A stretch of DNA of 46,952 bases from Octopus sinensis. Its lineage: Eukaryota. Positions 36,990-46,952 of the stretch are shown here, piece by piece (positions within the stretch are counted from its first letter, which is position 1; every line of letters starts with the position of its first letter). The stretch spans positions 1 to 46,952 of the forward strand of contig NW_021831722.1 of assembly GCF_006345805.1 (NCBI RefSeq). The letters run 5' to 3'. A program made the translations under genes and the position numbers. The notes beneath the pieces were generated by a model. It made no database searches. It was not told the origin of the DNA and was given only the letters and a program-made list of their open reading frames with translations.

Positions 36990-37795
36990 GGGTGCGTAAG
37001 ATATTTGAGAACAGATTTATGTTTATAAAAATAACAGATATATACTAATAGGTATTAACTTCATATGTCAAAAAAAGCTATGAGAATAAAAATAAACTTT
37101 CTTTCCTATAATGTTTATCAATAAAGCCACCTTCAGCTTCAACAACTGCTTCTATATGAGATCTAAGTCATCTACATGCTCAAATGAAGTGGTCCTGGTT
37201 CATTTTGGACATTACTCTGACTATGGCAGCTTTCAAACAATCTTTGGTATTATGGGCATGTTCATTGACCTATCTCTCAACAGTGCTCCATGTATAAGTC
37301 CAATGGATTGAGATCTGATGAATTAGGAGGTCAAATGTTAGGGGTTATGTGATAATGAAAATGTTCAGCCATCCATTCTGTGTTATCAGAGCCATGTGTG
37401 ATAGTGCAGAATCTCACTGAAACACATATGGCCTTCCATTACATACACTGCCTATCCAGGGCTTAACAATTATTTCCAGGACATAAATATAGGAGGCAGA
37501 GTTAACTCAAAGACCTAGTGGAAAGAAGTAAGGAGGCATCACATGTCCTTCATTGCTGACAACCTCTAAAACCATGACAGTTGCAGGAAATTTTGTATGC
37601 ATAATACTTGGAACTTCAGAAGGGTCTGCACATTTCTGCTGTTAACTTTTTGATCTTTGTCGAATGAGTCGTTCGAGAAAAACCAAATCAAATCTTCTGC
37701 CGGATCTTTTCAGTTTGTTTAATAGCCTGTTAGATTTGATGTACTAACTTTCTTTTGCTTTTTCTGACAAATTGACCATTCCTCATCATATCAGA
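36990..37795 (-). mobile_element. 5'-truncated maT (DD37D) transposon
   Basis: Minus: ..HTKFPATVMVLEVVSNEGHVMPPYFFP..VKPWI..GRPYVFQ*DSALSH..*PPNSSDLNPLD..EAVVEAEGGFI. D at 37411-37413 to D at 37298-37300 spans 110 nt, i.e. 37 codons once one missing base is restored. TIR-like end after TA at 36990. Confidence 0.85.
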
Positions 37796-38042
37796 CTTAT
37801 ATATAGACAAATATATGCACGCACACATACACACACACACTCACACACACATGCACACACACACACAGGTATACATATACACATACACATATTTATTATA
37901 AATATGTGTGAGAATGGTCAATTGAATCCTTAGCCAGATATTAACGACAGTTTATTTAGGTTCCCTCAATAATCATTATATTGACAAAATATATATAGAT
38001 GACGAATAATATTTAAACCCTCAGTGTTATTTGAATTCAAGA

Positions 38043-38262
38043 TATACCTATTTCTTTATTACCCAGAAGGGGCTAAACATAGAGGGGACAAACAAGGACA
38101 GACATAGGTATTAAGTCGATTACATCGACCCCAGTGCGTAACTGGTACTTAATTTATCGACCCCGAAAGGATGAAAGGCAAAGTCAACCTCGGCGGAATT
38201 TGAACTCAGAACGTAGCGGCAGACGAAATACCGCTCAGCATTTCGTCCGGCACGCTAACGTT
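38043..38262 (-). mobile_element. SINE family B, near full length
   Basis: Close match to 3617-3850. Confidence 0.9.
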
Positions 38263-39739
38263 CCTTTAGGGAAAAAAAAACACCGTAGAGGAAAGGAAAG
38301 TTCGGCTACGAAAGTTAAGTCAGTTTGTTTATGTCAACCACCTCATTCCGCCCTAATAATTAATGAGGAAAATGTACGTTAATTGTGAACGCAGGCGCAC
38401 GTACGCACAGACAAATACACACACAAACACCCCCCCCATGTATATACAGTGGAGTACGTGTAATCAATAAACACACATGCACTTACACATGCCTTCATGC
38501 TGGCCACAAAGTTGGGATTCCGTTTCGACATTCAACTATATTACTATTCGATCCCTTTTGTACAGTCTTGAGATTGATTTGCTAGAAATAGCATCCAGAT
38601 CCTGTGAGATGATGACATAGCCTCAGAGAAGACATGTTGGAAAATGTGGTCCTTGGTTTTCTAACCACACGAAAAAATTGGGTGGGTACGGCTGGAATAC
38701 CTGTGATCAAACAGTGATGACTTGGTTTTAAACAACAGTAATCACTATCGGATGTTGAATATGCTTTCCTATGTGCTGTGGCTGCTCTCTATGATTTATC
38801 TCTGTTCCACGTAAAGGAATGTGGTTGTTGAAGTTTCTTAGGCTCCTTATGTGGTTTGATAGTCTTGTACATGAACTTTTTAAACAATGTTTCTGAATGA
38901 ATTCAGGTGTTGGTTATAATGCAATTTGAATTTATTAGATGTTACTCAGATGCTGAATCACTGATCCACCAAGTTACAATGTCAGTCCCAGGAAGTATAC
39001 AGTTCCTTAGTAACATCAGAATGTGTGAGGGTGGCTTTAAGAGATGGTATCTAAAACAAATCCACATTTTAACATATAGACAAAATAAAGAGTACATTAT
39101 CAAATCAAGAGCTACAACAGTGACAACTTTAATATCATCTTGTCACTACTGTACTTCAGCATCTAGTAGTCCCTTTGTTCTAATGTAATCCGTGTAATGA
39201 TGAAAATACATCAGCCTTATCAAATCAAGTGACACCTTAAACGAAGATCTGAGCTAACGCTTATGTGTAGTCACAAAAATAAATTTATTCCTTCAATCCT
39301 TACCCAAACAATAGTATCTGAGCAAACAAGCTTAATCACAAAAATTAGTACTCAGCAAAATGCAATCCTGTACACATGACAAACCAGAAGTTAACAATTC
39401 GTCGAGTCGCCTTCATAAATTCCGGCTAACAGTGATATGAAACGGAAAGCTGTAAACTAGAAGTATAATCGTTTAATCCTCATCTGTAACCATCAAATCT
39501 TGAAGTGTGGGTGGCTGTTCCAAAGTCCCTGGAGATTTTTTTTTTTATATTATGTCAATTTTTATATTATATATTTTGTATTATATTGTTTTTTTAGACT
39601 TTGCGACGTCATCCACGACCCTGTCACAGCGTAGCGTAGCAAATTGTGACAGTCAGAAACAGAAAGATGAATGAATGAGAGAAGGAGAGAGAGAGAGAGA
39701 GAGAGAGAGGGAGAAAAGAGAGAGGATGAGAAAGGGGGA

Positions 39740-39845
39740 AAGACGAATTGATGCCAGTACTTAACTACTAATATATTTATCGACTTCCAAAGGATAATAA
39801 AGCAAAATGAATCTTGATGGAATTTGAACTTGGAGCGCAGAGAGT
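39740..39845 (-). mobile_element. Highly decayed SINE family B core
   Basis: CAGTACTTAA..ATTTATCGAC..AAAGGAT..GGAATTTGAACT. Confidence 0.5.
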
Positions 39846-39853
39846 CGGAACAC

Positions 39854-39907
<54 letters not shown>

Positions 39908-40196
39908 TTTCTTTTTTCCCCCATTTTTCTTTTTTCTTCTTTTTTTTCTTTTTTTTCCTTTTCCTTTTTTTCTTTTTTTCTTTTTTTGTTCTTTTTTCAC
40001 TTTTACGATCCCTTTTGATCGAAAACCTACGCCACTTTTTTTCTCACCCAAAGGAAAAGCTCTACCTTGTAACTTGTCCCATCTGTGTGCAGCCCTGTGT
40101 GGCCAATAAAGAAACTTATCTATCTATCTGTCTATCTATCTTATCTATCTTATAAATCTCTCTCTCTGTCTATCTATCTATCTCACTGTCCGTCTG

Positions 40197-40287
<91 letters not shown>

Positions 40288-40321
40288 GTGTGTGTGTGTG
40301 TGTCTATATACATATATATTA

Positions 40322-40486
40322 TTTTATTCTTATACTTGTTTCACTCATTTGACTACGGCCATGCTGGAGCACCGCCTTTAGTCGAAGAAATCGACTCCTG
40401 GACTTACTATTTGTAAGCCTTAATACTTATTCCATATTTTTTTGCCGAACACACCAACATCGGTTGTCAAGCGATGAAGGGGGAGA

Positions 40487-40492
<6 letters not shown>
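40322..40492 (-). mobile_element. SINE family A tail
   Basis: CATTTGACTACGGCCATGCTGGAGCACCGCCTTTAGTCG...CGGTTGTCAAGCGATG. Confidence 0.8.
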
Positions 40493-40549
<57 letters not shown>

Positions 40550-40748
40550 CACACACACACACACACACAACACACACACACACACACACACTTCTCATTT
40601 TCCCTATTTGTCTCCGAGAACGGCGTATGCCATACTCTGGGGTATCCCAGAAACTTTGAATTTTTGAATTTTTTTTCCAATAATAATAATGCATATGACT
40701 TGAGATGTTTGCCTTGCCTAACATTTGTGGTGATCTTTAACAATTATA

Positions 40749-40790
<42 letters not shown>

Positions 40791-40798
<8 letters not shown>

Positions 40799-41093
40799 AC
40801 CAACCAGACCATCAGATGTTGCTACACATCGCTGGTCACAATGCGTTCGCATTGTTTTAGCCTTCGAACGACGCCACCCCGCTGGCTAAGCGAGCAGGCC
40901 AACAGAAGAAAGAGTGAGAGAAAGAGTGGTGAATGAGTACTGCAGGGATCACCCCCACCCACTGCCGGAGCCTTGTGGAGCTTTTAGGTGTTTTCGCTCA
41001 ATAAACACACACAACACCCGGTCTGGGAATCGAAACCGCGATCTTCCGACCGCGAGTCCGCTTACCCTAACCACTGGGCCATTGCGCCTCCAC
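40791..41093 (-). mobile_element. SINE family D, full length
   Basis: Minus: GTGGAGGCGCAATGGCCCAGTGGTTAGGG (A box)...GGTTTCGATTCC (B box)...tail GGTCACGTGAT. Confidence 0.92.
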
Positions 41094-41106
41094 ATATATA
41101 TATATA

Positions 41107-41332
41107 AAACCTTGTAACGGGATTTTGGTGGACGGAAACTGGAAGTAGCCCATCGTATATATATATATACATACGATGGGCTACTTCCAGTTTCCGTCCA
41201 CCAAATCCCGTTACAAGGTTTTAGTCAACCCGAAGCTATATTAGAATTCAACCATTGAAGGTGCCACGCAGTGGGACTGAACCCGGAACCATGAGGTTGG
41301 GATGCAAGCTTCTTACCACTCAGTCACGCCTA
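41107..41332 (-). mobile_element. SINE family A variant head with inverted self-duplication
   Basis: 41171-41332 is a head on the minus strand; 41107-41159 is a near-perfect inverted copy of 41171-41222. Confidence 0.85.
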
Positions 41333-41372
41333 TATACACATACATACATACATACATACATACATACATACA

Positions 41373-41408
<36 letters not shown>

Positions 41409-41442
41409 TACATACATATATATATATGTGTGTGTGTAAATG

Positions 41443-41474
<32 letters not shown>

Positions 41475-41508
41475 TGTATGTATGTATGTATGTATGTATG
41501 CATGCATG

Positions 41509-41575
<67 letters not shown>

Positions 41576-42293
41576 ATGCGTATGCAAATGTGTGTATTTG
41601 TGCTAGAATACATCTTATATCAACGTAGTTTACTAAAAAAGACGAACCACCCCTCAATAAACAAAATCCAAGCAAATTTCTTGCATATTTGTTCAATCCC
41701 GACCTACGGCCACTTCCTTATACTTTTTCCCCGCTCTTAACAACAAGCAAGTATAATACAGTTAACCACTGATTGGTTTATTGCCGACCTGTAACCAACG
41801 GCGCCATTGTTCTCCAATTGCGATATAATCAAAATTATATAAAAAAAACAACAAAACACACCAGCAACAACAACAACAACGGTAATAAGAGCCACAACAA
41901 CAACAATAGCAAGAAAAAAACAAATGTGCACAGCTTTACGTCTCTGTCAGAAATCTTTATTCGTGTCAACGTCACCAATATCCGTAGTTTTTTTCTCCTT
42001 TCATTACGGTGATGACACGAAATCAGATCTCTAGATTTGGCACTGCAGATTAACACTTACGACATTTAAATCCCCCTAACTTATATCCCCCTATCTTAAA
42101 CACTCTCACATTTCCCCCCTCTCGCCTCTTATAGTCTTTGTGGTACATACACTCACAAACACACACATACACACACACACAATGACACTCATATAAACAT
42201 ACACCTACATACGTAGCCATACATTATCTACACATATATACGTGCACACATATATATATCGATACATACACACACACAGACACATATATATAT

Positions 42294-42334
<41 letters not shown>

Positions 42335-42347
42335 CGCACACATGTAT

Positions 42348-42389
<42 letters not shown>

Positions 42390-42438
42390 ATATATACGCA
42401 CACTGTATATACATACATATATATATATGCATAAACAT

Positions 42439-42487
<49 letters not shown>

Positions 42488-42702
42488 GGCGCGAGAGTGG
42501 CTGTGTGGTAAGTAGCCTGTTCACCATCCACATGGTTCCTTGTTCATTCCCACTGTGTGGCACCTTGGGCAAGGGTTTTCTACCATAGCCTCGGCCGACC
42601 AAAGCCTTGTAAGTGGATTTGGTAGACGGAGGAAACTGAAAGAAACATTTCGTATATATATATATATATATATACTATATATTATATATATATACTATAT
42701 AA

Positions 42703-42818
<116 letters not shown>

Positions 42819-43086
42819 CAATTAAGGATAACTACTTAATAGGAAAAAAAAACTTAACAAGAAATTGTCAGGTAGATAGCGTAAAAACCTCATAAGAGAA
42901 AAAAATTCGAAAATAATTATTTCTTATTGAACATATTAATTTATATATAGAGGGCATTATACATACATGCCAGAAGGCATTATACATACATGCCAAACGC
43001 TAAGAGGGACAATTAGTCATTTCTACCAAAAATATTACTAATCCCACCGAATGCAATTTTTCAAAGTAAGACATTTAAAAAAATAT

Positions 43087-43134
43087 AGACCTGTATCACA
43101 GTGATTTCATACTTACGTACTCATCAGTAGGCCT
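43087..43134 (-). ncRNA. H8: type I hammerhead ribozyme
   Basis: Minus: AGGCCTA-CTGATGA-GTAC-GTAA-GTAT-GAAA-TCACTGTGA-TA|CAGGTCT; one mismatch at the base of stem I. Confidence 0.8.
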
Positions 43135-43526
43135 GAATGTATTATAAATAAACAACGACCCTGCCCCGCTTAAGCCTTAGCGTTTGGCATGTATGTATAA
43201 TGCCTTCTGGCATGTATGTATAATGCCCTCTATATATAAATTAATATGTTCAATAAGAAATAATTATTTTCGAAATTTTTTTCTCTTATGAGGTTTTTAC
43301 GCTATCTACCTGACAATTTCTTGTTAAGTTTTCCTTATTAAGTAGTTGTCCTTAATTGCTAAATTTTTATTCCGAAAAAACTTTTTCCTCTCCCGAAATG
43401 CAATTCGTAAAAGTTGCATTTATCCGGATGTAATATATGTAAACTCACCCATGTGCTTCGTTGATGTTGAGCAGTTAGCTGATCGGCTTAAGCGGGGCAG
43501 GGTCGTTGTTTATTTATAATACATTC

Positions 43527-43574
43527 AGGCCTGCTGATGAGTACGTAAGTATGAAATCACTGTGATACAGGTCT
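43527..43574 (+). ncRNA. H9: type I hammerhead ribozyme
   Basis: AGGCCTG-CTGATGA-GTAC-GTAA-GTAT-GAAA-TCAC-T-GTGA-TA|CAGGTCT. 7-bp stem I, GNRA loop II, quasi-palindromic stem III, predicted cut after 43567. Confidence 0.88.
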
Positions 43575-43709
43575 ATATTTTTTAAATGTCTACTTTGAAA
43601 AATTGCATTCGGTGGGATTAGTAATATTTTTGGTAGAAATGACTAATTGTCCCTCTTAGCGTTTGGCATGTATGTATAATGCCTTCTGGCATGTATGTAT
43701 AATGCCCTC

Positions 43710-43761
<52 letters not shown>

Positions 43762-44159
43762 GCGTGTATATGTTTGTGTGTCTGTCTTTGTCACCCCCCA
43801 ACATCGCTTGACAACCGATGCTGGCGTGTTTGCGTCTCCGTAGCCTAGCGGTTCGGCAAAAGAGACCGATAGAATAAGTACTAGGCTTACGAAGAATTAG
43901 TCCTGGGTTCGATTTGCTCGACTAAAGGCGGTACTCCAGCATGGCCACAGTCAAATGACTGAAACGAGTAAAAGAGTACATACACATACACATACATACA
44001 TACATGCGTACGTATGTATGTATACATGTAGTGTTACTACTGTTTTCAGTTTTTGTTTTGGTCAGAGTTCTTGTTGTTGTTGTTGTTGTTGTTATTCTTG
44101 TTGGGTTCATTATTGTCACTTTATCATTACTGGTCTCTCATTTACAAAGAACAATAATT

Positions 44160-44174
44160 ACAACAACAACAACA

Positions 44175-44208
<34 letters not shown>

Positions 44209-44209
44209 T

Positions 44210-44275
<66 letters not shown>
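44160..44275. repeat. (CAA)n then (CTA)n microsatellite
   Basis: Nearly pure array. Confidence 0.95.
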
Positions 44276-44679
44276 GGTTGCAATATCCGCTAGGATAACA
44301 ACTATTAAAATAACTCCACTTACGAATCTCTTAAGAACTTCTATAAGTTCAACAGCAAAGACACAAAGAAGCAGATATATACAGTAAACGATGAGAGCAA
44401 TACTTTCCACTTACTTTTTCAGTGTTTGTTTGGTTTAAATATTTTTTCTTGATTTAAATATTATTTTTTTTTCTTGCAACAATATCGACCAATGGTCTTT
44501 GGCTTCAATAATCACGTGGACCCAACTGATCACTCGATTTTATTGACATCCATCTTATTCTCATTTTCTACTTTTCTCTGTTTTACTATACCTCTAACTT
44601 TCTCTATTTATAATCTCTCTTTATCCTTCTCTGTCTGTCTGTCCGTCTGACTCTGTGTCTCTCCCCTCTTTCTCTCTCT

Positions 44680-44720
44680 CTCTCTATCTATTTATCTATC
44701 TATCATCTATCTATCTATCA

Positions 44721-44786
<66 letters not shown>

Positions 44787-44791
44787 TTATC
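44680..44791. repeat. (TATC)n microsatellite abutting the LINE 5' end
   Basis: The array ends at the first LINE-homologous codon. Confidence 0.9.
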
Positions 44792-46952
44792 TGTCCACAA
44801 TTCCATACAGTCAGCTACACGGATCACAAATTCGTGACGTGTACGCTAGACTTAGATAAGGCACATCGACAGGGTCCTGGGTACTGGAAACTGAACGCAT
44901 CATTCCCGTCCAGACAAGTTTTCAGAGACCGGATTAGCACACTAGTAAAGAGGGCTTTGACGGGAGCCATCATCAACAACAAATGGTGGTTTGCCCTCAA
45001 GAGAGCAGTAAAAGCAGAAGCGATTAGGTACAGCAAAGCACTAGAGATAGATAGAAATAGAGTAGAGGGTGAGCTAGTTAAGAAGCTAGAAGAGGCAATT
45101 AGAAGCGGCATCGCATCCGACATTTTGGCGGCGAGGTTGGCCCTCGACCAACACTTCAACGCCAAACACGAAGGATGTGCTGTCAGAGCTAGGATGCGTG
45201 CTCTAAGGAACGAAGGTGTTGGAGCCGCGAGAGAGGCCCGGGTGGGTAGTGGAACAAGGGCGGAATTGCTCGAGCCCAGCAAGATGTGCGGGACATTTCA
45301 GCGGCATTTTGCCCGACTGTACGGGACGAGTGGTGAGCATGAACGCAGGGTGGATTTCAGTGCCTACCTGCACAGCCTACCGCGACTCTCGGCAAGAGAG
45401 GCAGAGTGCTGCGAAGGTGCCATCACGGCGGCGGATGTGCAGGACGCGATGGCAGAATGCTCGAGAGACAAATCGTCGAGTTGGATGGTCTGCCTCCGAG
45501 TTTTACATTGTATGCCAGACTTGTTTGGAGACGTCTTGGCAGCGGTATACTGCAACTGGCAGCAAAACGGGAGCATACCCGGTTTTGTGAGTCGAGGAGC
45601 TGTAACACTGCTGAAGAAAGATCCAAACAAGGGGAACATTATAGATAACTTTAGACCAATCACTCTGCTCAATGCAGACCTGAAAATTTTGACAAGGTGT
45701 TAGCCAAGAGGTTGGCGCTTGTCATCGAGAAACTGGTCGACAACGCACAAACGTGCGTCGTGCCGGGCGGGAGCATCCATGACAACCTCCATCTGATGCG
45801 CTACATCATAGACAGGGTAGTTAACGAACCTGGCATGGGGGGGCCCTGATCAACTTGGATCAATCGAAAGCCTTCGATAGGGTAGACCATCGATACTTGG
45901 AGGCAGTCCTGAGAGCGGCTGGTTTCGGTCCCGTCTTCCGCGGCTGGATAGCTGCCTTGTACAGAGGCATCCGTTCGGTAATTCGCGTGAATGGACATCT
46001 ATCGAGACCTTTCGACATTGCACGTTCGGTCCGTCAGGGATGCTCCCTCTCGGCGCTTCTATACGTATTGACTCTTGAGCCACTACTGCGGAAGCTGGCG
46101 ACTCTGAGGGGCATCCGCGAGAATTGGGATGCGGGACGAGCGTGTCTGCATACGCGGACGACGTCACCGTCATAGTGTCAAGCCACGAGCACCATCGAGC
46201 GGGTCGGCGAGACATTGAAAGATTACGAAGCGGTGACAGGAGCAAAAATCAACCGGGGAAAAGTCAGTGGGCTTGCGGCTCGGCACCTGGAGAAGCAAGC
46301 CCATGCCGTCCACCAGTACCTCTGTCGTGGGACGGGACAGACGGCCGGGTTGAGTTGCTCGGGGTCTAGTTCGGTCCGGACCTCCAAATGGAGAAGGAAC
46401 TGGAACGAGATAAGATAACGAGTAGGGTAGTCACTCTCGCCCAGCAATGGGCCGAGAGGAAAACTGTCCCTAAAAGGTCGGGCGGAGGTGGCGAACGCGT
46501 ACATCGCGTCCATCAGCTACTACCGCCTGACCGTCGTACCTTGTCCCGACCCTACCATCACCAAACTAGAACGCATCCTCTTCCGCTTCTTGTGGAAAGG
46601 ATGCGTCCCGATGGTCAGGCGATCCATTTGCTGTCAACACCCGTTAAAAGGAGGGCTGGGGCATGCCGTGGTTGATGATGCGCAGACACGGCTGAGACTG
46701 CGACATCTCCGGCTCTATGTAGACGACGGTGAAAAGGTGTGGTCGCCCGTTGTGAGGCACGCATTCCCGCAACTTGTCTCCATGACCGAACTGCAGTCGT
46801 GGATCAAAAAGAGGCCGAGGAAGGGCGGTGGCACCGCGAGTGTCGCGTTGCTCTCAAGCAACTCTGCCGTCCCGGGTCGACCTTGAGTGACTTCAACACA
46901 ACCAAAGCATTCTATAGGGGATTATTGGAGGGGAGGTACGACGACGATCTCG
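44792..46952 (+). mobile_element. 5'-truncated L1/Tx1-like non-LTR retrotransposon ORF2 (end of APE endonuclease plus RT), frameshifted, continuing beyond the window
   Basis: SYTDHK (APE C-terminal xDH motif), GPGYWKLN, NFRPITLLNADLKIL, QTCVVPGGSIHDN, LDQSKAFDRVDH, SVRQGCSLSALLY, YADD (46151-46162), AKIN and GGLG are spread over ORFs 44834, 45855, 46124, 46215, 46388 and 46488. GC content is far above the flanks. Confidence 0.93.

Noticed and set aside
38960-39145. Possible RT relic on the minus strand (VVALDL...PSHILMLL)
   Set aside because: Similarity to RTE RT motifs is too weak to support without a profile search.
40990-41093. tRNA gene
   Set aside because: A and B boxes are present, but the sequence runs into a SINE body repeated four times in the window; no acceptor stem closure. 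The same holds for the other SINE heads.
44824-46513. Antisense and alternate-frame ORFs over the LINE
   Set aside because: Shadow frames of a GC-rich coding sequence; no independent motifs.

Overview
A gene-poor, extremely repeat-rich eukaryotic window. The SINE families and microsatellite load match what I recall of octopus (coleoid cephalopod) DNA; that assignment is inference. No intact host protein-coding gene is recognisable, and nearly all ORF-track entries are translations of simple repeats. Recognisable content: about 25 copies or fragments of four tRNA-derived SINE families; an internally deleted Tc1-type DNA transposon with D-36-E spacing; two decayed maT-like (DD37D-type) transposons; a non-autonomous Helitron; an RTE-like LINE relic; and a 5'-truncated, frameshift-riddled L1/Tx1-like LINE running off the right edge. 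The main signal is absent from the ORF track: nine type I hammerhead-ribozyme (HHR) motifs (seven with an intact CUGANGA/GAAA/NUH core, two degenerate) from several distinct small non-coding repeat families. They sit in divergent inverted or tandem arrangements, often next to (TA)n. One 200-bp HHR unit has an 18-bp target-site duplication, a paralogous empty site in the same window, and compensatory stem changes relative to its relatives at 43 kb. This resembles Penelope-like pseudo-LTR or non-LTR retrozyme biology. I cannot tell whether these particular families are already described.
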